Below the pieces are notes generated by a model that worked only from the letters and a program-made list of their open reading frames with translations, had not been told where the DNA came from and did no database searches. From Promethearchaeota archaeon (GTDB lineage: Archaea; Asgardarchaeota; Lokiarchaeia; Sigyniarchaeales; SOKP01): a DNA stretch of 64,000 nt. Location of the stretch: the NCBI GenBank assembly GCA_016839705.1, contig JAEOTR010000046.1, positions 1 to 64,000 on the forward strand, read 5' to 3'. A program made the position numbers and the translations under genes. Position 1 is the first letter of the stretch, and every line of letters starts with the position of its first letter. Positions 1 to 10,400 of the stretch are shown one piece after another.

Positions 1-194
1 CTCTTTTAGAATGGTTGCTTCTCTTTTCGATACTTCTACATGTCGTTCCCTTAAATTATTTATCAGTGGTAATATGACTTTTCTTTAATCGCCCCCAATT
101 TTTTAATTTTCTATTTTTCAAATTTTTTTCTTTAAATACATCTCATAATAGTAATCGAGAAACAGTAAAATTTTTAAGAAAAAGTGAAAAGATA

Positions 195-1343
195 ATGAAA
201 CAAGTACTTTATACCTTAAAAATTAAGGAATCAGTTGAAGTAGAGGAGATTAAATTTGCATTAGATAAACTTTTATATGTTCCTGATTTTCAGTTGAAGG
301 AAAAAATAATCACAGAATTATGTACCTACCTTGCTTCAAAATTCTCCGATCCTGATTATAAACTTAAGGTTTTTATCGCTTACGCAGGGCTAGAAGTGTG
401 TGGATTTGTTATAACTCAAATTCATCCGACATATACAAGTTATAGTCGTAAGTGTGGGACATTTGGATGGTTAAATGCTGAAGATTTTGTAATATGCCAG
501 GAACTTATACGCAATTGTGAACGGTTTGTTAAAAAAAATAAAATTAGAAAATTGAGAGGAAATATCAATTTTCCGAAACATTTAGGAGGAATAGGGTTTC
601 AAACTATGGGATTTGAAGCCCCGATGATGTGTGGGATCGCTTTCAATGACCCCAAATCAAAAATAAGACAGTTTCTTGAGAGATTGGGGTATAATAACAA
701 TGCTGAATATTCATGCGTTCATGTTACTGATTCTTCGTGGGAAAAAGGTCAAAAAAAGCTAGATGAGAATATAAGACTCACCTATTTATCAATTGAACAA
801 ATGTTTGAAAGAAAAGAAGAGATCCTTGATATTATACGTGGATCCTTTCAGGTTTTATTACCCGACTCTTCTGGTGGTGATACTGGTTTTAATGAGATAC
901 TTGAATTCTACAAACAAATTCCTGATTCGTTTTATAAACTCCCTGACGACTTTGATCCATATCAATTTTCAAAGAGAAAAGAATATCGAGAGGCTTGGGA
1001 TAGTTGTGACCTAGAGAAAGTAGTTACTTGGGCTCCGTTCGCATTCGATAAGAACACTGATTTAATGGTTGGAGTTATATTTAGTATACCCAACTTGTAT
1101 CAATTGTGGTTAAATGAGCCTTTAACTCACACTAATGTTGATACTGCTATGGTTCATAAAAATTATGCAAGGAAGGGGATTTTTTCTAATCTAAACAATA
1201 TTGGTCAAATTACCTTAAGTTTCAATGGCATAAACTATGTGGAAGGAACAACGATATGGTCTAACAACGAAAAAGCCGTCGCTGCTATATTTCCCCATTC
1301 GAAACATCGTAGAAAACATGTAGTTTATCAAAAAAGAATATAG
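195..1343 (+). CDS. GNAT-family N-acyltransferase (YghO-like, tandem GNAT)
   Basis: 382 aa; GTFGW..., LRGNINF...GFEAPMM...FLERLGY and C-terminal VHKNYARKGIF acyl-CoA-binding motif, TIWSNN. Confidence 0.6.
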   Translation: MKQVLYTLKIKESVEVEEIKFALDKLLYVPDFQLKEKIITELCTYLASKFSDPDYKLKVFIAYAGLEVCGFVITQIHPTYTSYSRKCGTFGWLNAEDFVICQELIRNCERFVKKNKIRKLRGNINFPKHLGGIGFQTMGFEAPMMCGIAFNDPKSKIRQFLERLGYNNNAEYSCVHVTDSSWEKGQKKLDENIRLTYLSIEQMFERKEEILDIIRGSFQVLLPDSSGGDTGFNEILEFYKQIPDSFYKLPDDFDPYQFSKRKEYREAWDSCDLEKVVTWAPFAFDKNTDLMVGVIFSIPNLYQLWLNEPLTHTNVDTAMVHKNYARKGIFSNLNNIGQITLSFNGINYVEGTTIWSNNEKAVAAIFPHSKHRRKHVVYQKRI

Positions 1344-1398
1344 AAAATATCTGATTAAATTTTTCCTTTAAATATAAATAAAATAAGAGAAGCCCATT

Positions 1399-2604
1399 AT
1401 GACAGAAAGTTTAGTTAAAGAAGTATTTGCAAAGAAAGGACATGATATTTGTCAGAAATGTATTCTTATGGATGGTCCCTTTGGAGTAAGTATTAATACA
1501 AACGGACTCTGCAATTTTTGCGAGGACCCTACATTTGAGACTCCAACCTGGAAAAAAACAATAATTAGCAACTCTTTAAGAATAGAAAAACGAGAAGAAT
1601 GGAGGAATCTTGTTAAATACTGGAAAAAAGAATTTGGGACAGAAAGACATTGTTGTGTACTTGGTTTTTCAGGTGGGAAAGACTCAACCGCGCTTTTAGA
1701 CACATTTGTGAACGAATACCACCTTAAACCATTTTTAGTTACAGTAAATGTAGGTTTCATGACCAATGTAGCAAAGAATAACATCAAACAGGCTTTAAGT
1801 AAAATGGGTCTTGAAGACGATCATATTTTTATTGAGGATTCTTTTCAAACATTCACTAAGCTGTATAAATACTTTTTATCAGAATTTAAACCTAAATCTG
1901 ATGAAAAGTGCGTTTCTTTATCAATTTGCCATACATGTACTGATTTAATTCATACTGCACTTGTTAAAGAAGCGATGAAAAGAGATCTTAATTACGTTGT
2001 TGTAGGGTTTTCTCCTGATCAAATTGCTAGATATTTCTATGAAACGTTTCCTAAAGACACTTTAGAAGATGGTCTTCCTCATCCCAAAGCACATATTGAC
2101 AATCTCGATGAAGATGATCTTAGATGGTATCTTAGTTCAGATACTCCTTTGGAAAAAATTCCTAGAGTGCTTTATCCTTACCATGTGATCGATTACGACC
2201 AAAGTGAAATTATACAGAGGATTGAGTCAAAAGCTTTAATAGAGATTGGGAAAGGAGATCCTGTCTTAACGAATTGTCATGTAGTTATGACAGGCATGAT
2301 GTATGACTTATATCGGTTTGGAGGGGTCTCTTATTCATTTCAATATGCAGAATTAGTACGTCAACATGAGGACCCAGAGAACTGGAAGCAAGAAAGGAAG
2401 AGTTGGTTGAGAACAATGGTAAGAGTTGCCAAGGGGCTTTTAAATGGACAACTCTCGAAAGAAGGGATTAATATGGTACTTGATAGAATTGGCAAATCAC
2501 GACAAGAATTGATATCAAGTATCCAGCAGCAAGTAGATCAAGACCCAAATAAGGAGCAAATCCTGAGGAATATAGGATTGCTTAGGAAAGGAAGATTAAA
2601 ATAA
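1399..2604 (+). CDS. PP-loop ATP pyrophosphatase (N-acetyl-sugar amidotransferase-like adenine nucleotide alpha hydrolase)
   Basis: SGGKDS PP-loop; N-terminal CQKC..CNFC; internal CHTC; TNC near C-terminus. Confidence 0.65.
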   Translation: MTESLVKEVFAKKGHDICQKCILMDGPFGVSINTNGLCNFCEDPTFETPTWKKTIISNSLRIEKREEWRNLVKYWKKEFGTERHCCVLGFSGGKDSTALLDTFVNEYHLKPFLVTVNVGFMTNVAKNNIKQALSKMGLEDDHIFIEDSFQTFTKLYKYFLSEFKPKSDEKCVSLSICHTCTDLIHTALVKEAMKRDLNYVVVGFSPDQIARYFYETFPKDTLEDGLPHPKAHIDNLDEDDLRWYLSSDTPLEKIPRVLYPYHVIDYDQSEIIQRIESKALIEIGKGDPVLTNCHVVMTGMMYDLYRFGGVSYSFQYAELVRQHEDPENWKQERKSWLRTMVRVAKGLLNGQLSKEGINMVLDRIGKSRQELISSIQQQVDQDPNKEQILRNIGLLRKGRLK

Positions 2605-2610
2605 GCTATA

Positions 2611-2638
2611 ATTTTTCAATCTAATTTTTATTTTTTTT
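2611..2638 (+). terminator. U-rich archaeal terminator candidate
   Basis: Multiple T-tracts immediately after the stop of 1399..2604. Confidence 0.35.
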
Positions 2639-2835
2639 AATGGGTTTTGCATTATTAAGAATAATAAATTGTTCTACTGCGTATCGAAAAAAGGTTAAGA
2701 TATCATGCTAAAGATTATAAAATGAGATCCAAGAGAGGAAATTTAAGTTGAATAAAGTAATCAACCCTTTTCTTTAGTTTTAAAAACTTAAAAATTAGTT
2801 TGATTTAAATCTCTAAATAGAAATTACTAGACATT

Positions 2836-3657
2836 ATGGCAATTTCAAAAAAATCAACCTATAAAATAGTCTTATTAACGGGTATTTGCATAGGAATCAT
2901 TGGAGTTTTACTATTGTTTCTGTTAAATTTAACATTAATAATTAATGCTTTGAGAAATGTTGAAGGTCTATATCAGGTAACTCTTATTATCTTAATTCGA
3001 ATAGTCATATTATCGATAACAACATTCTATTTGTTAAAAAAATGGTTTAAACAAGAAGCGCAATATTTATCAGACATTCCATTCTTACTCAGCCTGTTTT
3101 TCCTCATTTTAACCTTTGGAAAAGCTATAGACCTATTTTGGGATATGACTTTTAATGTATTCAATGAGGATATAGTTCTACTATTGCTAAAAATACGGTT
3201 TATAACGATAGTTCTAGAAGTTGCTCCTTTGATATACTTGGGTTTAGAAATACTCTTTTTTAGATTAGAAGATAGATTCCAAAAATTAAAAAATAAAACA
3301 TTTGTAGATAAACTCAGATTCAGAATTATCCTCCTAATTGTACTCATCGAATTAATTGTCATTATTGTTATTCCAGAATATAGCTTATTAGGAACGTTAT
3401 TACCTGTCATCGTTATTCCATCATTATTAGGAATAGTATATATATTCTTTTTAGCCTATCGTTTGAATCGTCTCACAGTTGTTAAACCAAAAATTTTAAC
3501 TATTGGATTCTTTTTATATTTGATTTCCAACATTCTTAGACCTGTGATTCAAAATATTCTTGGTGAGAATGCAACTTATATCTCAATAGCTGAGCTTATA
3601 GACATTTTCGTATTTCTTGTAATATTTTTAGGACTATACAAAAAAACTAGTGGGTGA
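2836..3657 (+). CDS. Polytopic membrane protein (about 8 TM), function unknown
   Basis: 273 aa with regularly spaced hydrophobic segments. Confidence 0.7.
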   Translation: MAISKKSTYKIVLLTGICIGIIGVLLLFLLNLTLIINALRNVEGLYQVTLIILIRIVILSITTFYLLKKWFKQEAQYLSDIPFLLSLFFLILTFGKAIDLFWDMTFNVFNEDIVLLLLKIRFITIVLEVAPLIYLGLEILFFRLEDRFQKLKNKTFVDKLRFRIILLIVLIELIVIIVIPEYSLLGTLLPVIVIPSLLGIVYIFFLAYRLNRLTVVKPKILTIGFFLYLISNILRPVIQNILGENATYISIAELIDIFVFLVIFLGLYKKTSG

Positions 3658-3761
3658 AGATCCTCTCTTATTTAGAGTGTTTAGAAAAACTCTTTAAATT
3701 CCTAAAAGAATTTACATTTTATTTTTTAACCCTAATATTAAAAAAGAAATAGAAAAAGTAG

Positions 3762-4226
3762 TTAATTAATTCGAGGTTCATTTGATACCGTCTTAATAGG
3801 TCTTAAAACCACACAAACCCTTTCAACACTTTTCACATCTGCACGAGCACGAAAAGATTCTATTAAAGCATCTAATTCGACTATTTCTGGAACGTTAACT
3901 TTAACTAAAACTCCGCATTCTCCAGCGAGGAAATAAACCTCTTCACATTGAGGAAGAATCTGTGCTTCTCGTAATAATTCTTTTGTTTCTGCTTGAGTCT
4001 TAGGAATAAGAGTGAGGAATGCGATAATACATCTTTCATCTTCGCGGCATATTCTTATGGTAAATTTCTCTATGACTCCTTCTTCTTGAAGTTTGATTAC
4101 ACGTTTTCTCACAGTTGATTCAGATAATTGTACAATTGGATCTTCTGCTATTTCATGATATGGTCTTCTTGAATCTTCTAGAAGCATTTCAAGAATTCTT
4201 TTATCTTTCTCATCAAGATTTTTCAT
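3762..4226 (-). CDS. Lrp/AsnC family transcriptional regulator
   Basis: LDEKDKRILEMLLEDSRRPY..LSESTVRKRVIKLQEEGVI HTH plus RAM domain. Confidence 0.9.
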   Translation of the reverse strand: MKNLDEKDKRILEMLLEDSRRPYHEIAEDPIVQLSESTVRKRVIKLQEEGVIEKFTIRICREDERCIIAFLTLIPKTQAETKELLREAQILPQCEEVYFLAGECGVLVKVNVPEIVELDALIESFRARADVKSVERVCVVLRPIKTVSNEPRIN

Positions 4227-4296
4227 ACTTCTCCCTCATTTTCATTGGTTAAAAAAATTTATAATTTATATATAAAAAAATTATATTTTCTATTAT

Positions 4297-5256
4297 TTAT
4301 TTCACATATTCAGGGTAATCTCCAAGTAATGGAGCAAATAATCTCTCATATTCAACGGCCATACAGTGAATTCCTGCAGCTTTAGTTGTTTTCTTTATTT
4401 CATCGATGAATGGTTTGAAGAATTCGATGTTGATCTTATCAAGTGCGGCATACTTTCCCTGTTTGTTTCCCTTATTATCTTTCTCTGCTTTCTTCAATGC
4501 TTTAAGAAGATCCTTTGGAACCGACACACCAGGAATATAATTATCAAAATACCATGCTATACCGTGAGATTTTAAAGGAAAAACACCTAAAAGCACCGGA
4601 ACAGGATAGCGTTCAAGTTCTTTGAGAAAATTCTTTGCGATATCAATATCAAACGCGGTTTGAGTTTGAATGAAATCCACGCCTAGGTCTACTTTTCGAC
4701 CAACTTTCAAGATTTCAGGTTCAAGGTAAGGTTCAAGAGCATTTGGGTTAGCTACGCAACCATAGTTCATTTCAATCTTACCACCAGAGATTTGTTCTCC
4801 CTCATAGTCCGTTCCTTCGTCAATCATCTTTTTAAGTAGTTCACAGAATTGAGTACTATCAATATCATAAGAGGGGCGAGCTCTTTTGTTATCCCCTAGG
4901 GCCGTGTGATCACCTGTAAGTACCAAGATATTTTTCAACCCTAGCATTGCTCCACCAAGAACATCCCCAAAGAGTGCGACACGATTACGGTCCCGTACAG
5001 CTACTTGCCAAACCGCTTCAATTTCTGCTTCTTTTTGAACAAAATAGCTAGGTACCATGGAACACATATAAGCATCACCTTGAGGGCCATCAGTAACATT
5101 CGCCGCCACAATTCTCTTGGTTTTTTTCATTTCTTTAGCAGAATGAATGATTTCTTCAAGGTTTAGGATTTTCTTTGGTTCAAGCTCACCAGTAAAAACA
5201 AAATGTCCCTCTTCAATTGCTTTACATAAGTTACTATATGCGGGTCTTTTTGCCAT
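4297..5256 (-). CDS. metF: Methylenetetrahydrofolate reductase, flavoprotein subunit
   Basis: NVTDGP, RDRNR, LVLTGD, DFIQTQ, GIHCM motifs; directly downstream of metV. Confidence 0.9.
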   Translation of the reverse strand: MAKRPAYSNLCKAIEEGHFVFTGELEPKKILNLEEIIHSAKEMKKTKRIVAANVTDGPQGDAYMCSMVPSYFVQKEAEIEAVWQVAVRDRNRVALFGDVLGGAMLGLKNILVLTGDHTALGDNKRARPSYDIDSTQFCELLKKMIDEGTDYEGEQISGGKIEMNYGCVANPNALEPYLEPEILKVGRKVDLGVDFIQTQTAFDIDIAKNFLKELERYPVPVLLGVFPLKSHGIAWYFDNYIPGVSVPKDLLKALKKAEKDNKGNKQGKYAALDKINIEFFKPFIDEIKKTTKAAGIHCMAVEYERLFAPLLGDYPEYVK

Positions 5257-5257
5257 T

Positions 5258-5956
5258 TTACTTCTTCCCCCCCTCCTTTTCTTCTTTTATATTAGTATAG
5301 TCTTTATTGATTTGTAAGTATGCAGGGCTTGTAGATGACCTATAATCTCTTGCAGGTCTATATATTTTAAAGAGATCTAATCTGCCAAATTCTTTTAATC
5401 TCATATAAATATCAATCCACGCACAAGGATGGACATATCCTCCGACTTCACACTTTCCATCAACTGTACCTCCGCATGGTCCATTGTTTAAATGTTTAGC
5501 ACATCCCGCAATTGGACATACACCTCCAGTTACACCTAAAAGGCAGTTTCCGCAAGTCTCACAGTATTGAATAAAATCATTTTCACCACTATTTTGGACT
5601 CCACCGAACATGCTATTTTGTGCAGGGAAAGTCAGAATTTTATCCATGACTTTATTCATCATGACAACTCCAAGTCCACACGCTAAAGATACGATAGCAT
5701 CATAATCTTCTACTACAGGTCTTACTGTAGTAGCAACGATCCTATCATCACATTGCCTTAATATAGTCATAGCTTTCCATTTTAGTTCCTTACCTTCTGT
5801 TCTAGCTTTTAGCTCTAAAAGTTGGCCTAGAACTTTAGCTTCATTTACACTACGTGGTGGTTGACAACAACCATCGCATCCAGCTATGAGGATTTTATCG
5901 TATTTTTTCACCATAGCCCATATTTCGCTTATATCTTTTTGTTGTGTAATTATCAT
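5258..5956 (-). CDS. metV: MTHFR-associated Zn/Fe-S subunit MetV
   Basis: GCDGC, RQCD, ACGLG, CETCGNC..GGVCPIAGCAKHLNNGPCGG..CEV..CAW. Confidence 0.9.
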   Translation of the reverse strand: MIITQQKDISEIWAMVKKYDKILIAGCDGCCQPPRSVNEAKVLGQLLELKARTEGKELKWKAMTILRQCDDRIVATTVRPVVEDYDAIVSLACGLGVVMMNKVMDKILTFPAQNSMFGGVQNSGENDFIQYCETCGNCLLGVTGGVCPIAGCAKHLNNGPCGGTVDGKCEVGGYVHPCAWIDIYMRLKEFGRLDLFKIYRPARDYRSSTSPAYLQINKDYTNIKEEKEGGKK

Positions 5957-6045
5957 ATTACATAACTCCTTTTTCTCTTATTTTTGTTATTTTTTTTTGG
6001 TTTCATTTTTTATTAGCATTATTAGTGATTAAAAAAACATACCTC

Positions 6046-6936
6046 TTAGGTCGTTAATTTTTTAATTAAATTATTCGGTCTTACACTTCTATTCATTAAG
6101 CTGAGATCTTGAAGATCTACACCTAAAGCAATTGCCATAATTTCTGGTAAATAGAGAACGGGAATATCCAAGTCTTTTTCTGTCTTTCGAGAAATCAATT
6201 TTTCCTTTCTATCATACTGAGTTACACACGCAGGACACACAGCAATCAAAGCATCAACTTCTTCTTCAAGTTCACATAATTCTGTCATCTTATCTTCAAC
6301 TAACTTTTCTCCTATTTCTTCTTGTAATCGAGCGCAGAACCCGCAGCATTCTAATTTATTTGCGAATTCTATAGTTTTAGCACCTAGTGCCTTAAGAATT
6401 ATATCTATTTTTTCGGGTTTCTCTGGGTGATCAAAATTCATAATTTTACTAGGCCTTATGAGATGACAACCGTAATGAACAGCGAGAGTTAAGTTGTCGA
6501 GTGGTTTTACTGTTAGACTTTTTAATTTTTCTAGCCACTCTGGCTGACTAAACAATTCAACAAAATGATAAACTTTAGTTTTTCCCGTATACTTGTAATT
6601 GATTTTCTTGAGAATTCTATCAATTTTTTCTAGGTATTTCTTATCTTCCTCTAATAAGACACTTACTGTTTTTAATGTTTCATAACACCCTGAGCAGATC
6701 GTGAGTATATTCAACCCCATTTTTTCTGCTATTGCTAAGTTTCTTGCTCCTAAAGTAACCCATGTATCGATATTTAATGATTGTAAAGAAACTGGTTCAG
6801 GGCAACAGCTCACACCTACCATTTCTTTCAATTTAACATCTAAAATACTCGCAACATCTCTAAAAGCTTTCTCTAAATGTGGCATTTTTAGGGGTATTGT
6901 ACATCCTAAATATAGTGCAAGTTCTTCCATTTTCAC
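6046..6936 (-). CDS. hdrB: Heterodisulfide reductase subunit B-like
   Basis: Two CCG-type domains: YLGC..SCCP..CSGC and HYGCH..CCG..CPAC. Confidence 0.9.
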   Translation of the reverse strand: MKMEELALYLGCTIPLKMPHLEKAFRDVASILDVKLKEMVGVSCCPEPVSLQSLNIDTWVTLGARNLAIAEKMGLNILTICSGCYETLKTVSVLLEEDKKYLEKIDRILKKINYKYTGKTKVYHFVELFSQPEWLEKLKSLTVKPLDNLTLAVHYGCHLIRPSKIMNFDHPEKPEKIDIILKALGAKTIEFANKLECCGFCARLQEEIGEKLVEDKMTELCELEEEVDALIAVCPACVTQYDRKEKLISRKTEKDLDIPVLYLPEIMAIALGVDLQDLSLMNRSVRPNNLIKKLTT

Positions 6937-7463
6937 TTATCCTCCTTTTCTTTTGCGAGATCTCCTAATCCCGTCTCTTCTATTATAAATCTAATTTCAT
7001 CCAAATTAGGACCAATAAATTCTGGTAATCCCATTCTATTTCTCCTCCTATCTATATTATCTTTTAATCCACCTGTAAATGGTATCACAAATCCATTGTT
7101 ATAGATCGTAACCACCGTCCCTGAATATTCTTTAGGAATTCTACCTTCTTTGACTGACATATTTCGAAGAAGAGCAAGAATGAATGAATAATCCACATTT
7201 TTAGGGCATCTTTCAGTACATCTATGACATAGAGAACAGGTCCAAATGGCTTGACTTGAAAGAACTTCTTCTTTTAAGCCTAAGAGACAAGAAGCAACGA
7301 CTCTATGAGGTTGCATATCAACATATTCCGTTACCGTACAACCTGAGCTACATACTCCGCACTGAATACAGTTTAGAAGCGATTTAGCACCTACTTTTTT
7401 ACTAATTTCATAACGAAATTGGTGATCTAAATCATTAGCATTTTTCTTAATCATTTCTACCAC
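6933..7463 (-). CDS. hdrC: Heterodisulfide reductase subunit C-like
   Basis: CIQCGVCSSGC and CSLCHRCTERCP [4Fe-4S] motifs; overlaps hdrB start. Confidence 0.9.
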   Translation of the reverse strand: MVEMIKKNANDLDHQFRYEISKKVGAKSLLNCIQCGVCSSGCTVTEYVDMQPHRVVASCLLGLKEEVLSSQAIWTCSLCHRCTERCPKNVDYSFILALLRNMSVKEGRIPKEYSGTVVTIYNNGFVIPFTGGLKDNIDRRRNRMGLPEFIGPNLDEIRFIIEETGLGDLAKEKEDK

Positions 7464-7465
7464 TT

Positions 7466-10400
7466 TTACGCACCCTCCTTCGCTTTTTGTTTTTTTTCAA
7501 TTTTATCACCTGTTTTAGAAAGCGGTCCTAACTCTTTAACTAGATTTACGAATTCAGTGACAACTTGAGAAAATCGCTTTCCTTCAGATGCACTAACCCA
7601 CTCAAGGCGATATCTATCAGAGTTAATACCTACACTTTCAAGTATATCTTTTAGTTCATTATAACGTTGCAGCATATCATAATTACCTTCTAAATAATGA
7701 CAATCCCCAATGTGACATCCTCCGATAAAAACACCATCAGCACCTTCCAAGAATGCTTGTAAAATAAAGCTTTTTGGTATCCTACCAGTACACATAACTC
7801 TTATTGGTCGAATGTTAGTAGGGTATTGGAAGCGACTAACCCCACAAGTATCAGCTCCGGCATAACTACACCAATTACATAGGAAAGCTACAATTCTAGG
7901 TCTCTCGTCTATATACTCCCCTTTAACAGCTTCACGTATCATAGGGTAAATTTGATTATCTGCAAAATGGCTCATCGTTATGGCTCCTGCGGGACACGCT
8001 GCTGAACAATCTCCGCATCCCTTACATAAAAGAGGATTAGACTCTGAAACCAATATATCATTATCAAAGTTAACGCCAATAGCTCCAAAATTACAAACCT
8101 CTTCACATTTTTGGCATGCTATGCATAAAGCAGGATCTACAACCGAAATGAGTGGTTCATTCTCTACTTCACCTGAAATTAACGGAATCAATGCATGAGC
8201 TGCCGCACCACGACCTTGTGAAATTGAATCTGCAATTCCTTTAGGACCATGACATGTACCTGCTAGATAAATTCCATCCGTGGCAAAATCTACTGGTCTC
8301 AATTTAACATGGGCTTCTAGGAAAAAACCATTTTGATCCCGAGCACATTTGATCATTTCCCCCAATTTTTGTGTATCATGAGGCATTAAGGGTGTAGATA
8401 AGACCACTTTATCAGCTTCGATACTAAGGTCTGTCTGAGTTAATATATCTTTAACATTTACCTTTAACTTATCATTAATAGGATCTACAGTCGGATATTC
8501 ATTAAAACGAATATAATTTACATTTTCACGTGCTTTCCAATAATATGGTTCTTCATCAGTTCCCACACGGATATCTCGATATAAAACATAAATAGTGGAA
8601 TTTGGATATGTTTCCCTTACATATAAAGCATGCCTAATTGACTCTGAACAGCAAATTAATGAGCAATAGGACACCCCATTTCCACCTTCTGGTTGTCTAG
8701 ATCCCACACAATGTATAAAAACAAGAGTTTCCCCATCTTTTAGTCCATTATTTCTCAGTTTTTCAGACAGTTCTAGTTGGGTCATAACATTGTCAATTTC
8801 ACCATAGTGATACCATCCATTAGGTTTGTATTCGTATGCCCCTGTAGCAGCGATAATCGTGCCAACGTTTAAGGTTATATTTTTCTCTTCAGTATGATTT
8901 TTGATTCCAACTTTAAAATCACCAATCGAACCTTTCACATCAACAACTTCTGAATTTAAATAAACAGTAATATTTTTCTGTTCATTAAATTCCTTTAGTT
9001 TTGCTTCTAAGAACTCTTTTGAATCTATTCTGTCAAAATTAATTTTATAAATGAGGTTTAATTGACCGCCTAATTTCTCATCTTTTTCTACTAAATGAAC
9101 TTTAAATCCCTTATTGGCGATTTCTAAAGCGGCACTCATTCCAGCAATTCCCCCACCGACAATTAAAGCTTCAGGGATAACATTACCCTTGATTTTTAAT
9201 TCGGCTTTTTGAGCGGCCACACGAGCTACTCCCATCCTGACAAGATCTTTTGCTTTATCGGTTGCTCTAGGATTGTCATTCATATGTACCCATGAATCAA
9301 GCTCTCTAATACTTACGAAATTAAATAAATATTCATTCAAACCAACCTCTCTAATAGTCTTTTGAAATAGTGGTTCATGAGTTCGCGGAGTACATGCTGC
9401 AACCACAACCCTATTTAGGTTTAATTCTTCAATTTTTTCTTTGATTATATCTTGAGTCAACTGCGAGCAACTATACTTATTCTCCATTGAAAATACTACA
9501 TTTGGAAGAGTTTTTGCATATTCTACTAATGTTGGGATGTCCATGTATCCCGCAATGTTAATTCCACATCGACAGATGAATACACCAATACGAGGATCAT
9601 CCTTTGGATTTATTATTTTAAGAGGAGGCAATTCAACTTTTTTTTCTTCATCACTTAGAGGAACAGCATAAGTCGCTGCTAAAGCTGCAGCTCCACCCGC
9701 TTTTGCTACTGAATTTGCAATATCATCAGGGGATTGACATGAACCAGTTACATAGATTCCTTCTTTGGTAGAACGTAGATCTTCTGTGGAATCCATAGTT
9801 TTGAAAAATCCTAGCTCATTTTGTTCAATGCCTAATATCTCTGCCAATTGCTTTGCATCTTTGCGAGGAATAACTGCATTTGCTAGTACAACTAAATCAA
9901 ATTCACTAACTTCAACATCACCAGTGTCAAGATTTGCGTGTTTAACATAAAGGTTATGATTTTCTGGGTTTTCACGAACATCTCCGGGAATTCCTCTGTA
10001 ATAGATAAGGCCATATTCATCTTTAGCTCTTTCAATAAATTCCTCTTGATTTTTTCCGATTACCCGACTATCATTAAAAAAGATTGTAACTTTTGTGTCT
10101 GGGGAATGCTCTCTGGTGACAACACCCTCTTTGGTCTGATACATACAACAAAATTTCGAACAGTAGGGACACAAATCCATGTTTCTAGAGCCCACACAAC
10201 TAACAAAACCTATATTATGTGCATGTTCTTTATCTGAAGGTCGTAATAATTCTCCCTCAGTGGGCCCGGATGCGCTTAATAAGCGTTCATACTGCATAGC
10301 TGTGATAACATTAGGGTATTCTCCGTAATGATAACGATCCAGAACACTTGGATCTAAGAGATCAAATCCTGTAGCACAAATGATTGAAGCAACGTTATAT

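Noticed and set aside
1-84. Possible 5' end of a minus-strand gene running off the window (..LINNLRERHVEVSKREATILKE)
   Set aside because: No canonical in-frame start and too short to support
5953-6006. 17-aa Lys/Asn-rich mini-ORF (MKPKKNNKNKRKRSYVI, - strand) overlapping the metV start
   Set aside because: Expected by chance in an A-rich spacer; metV has its own AGGAG SD
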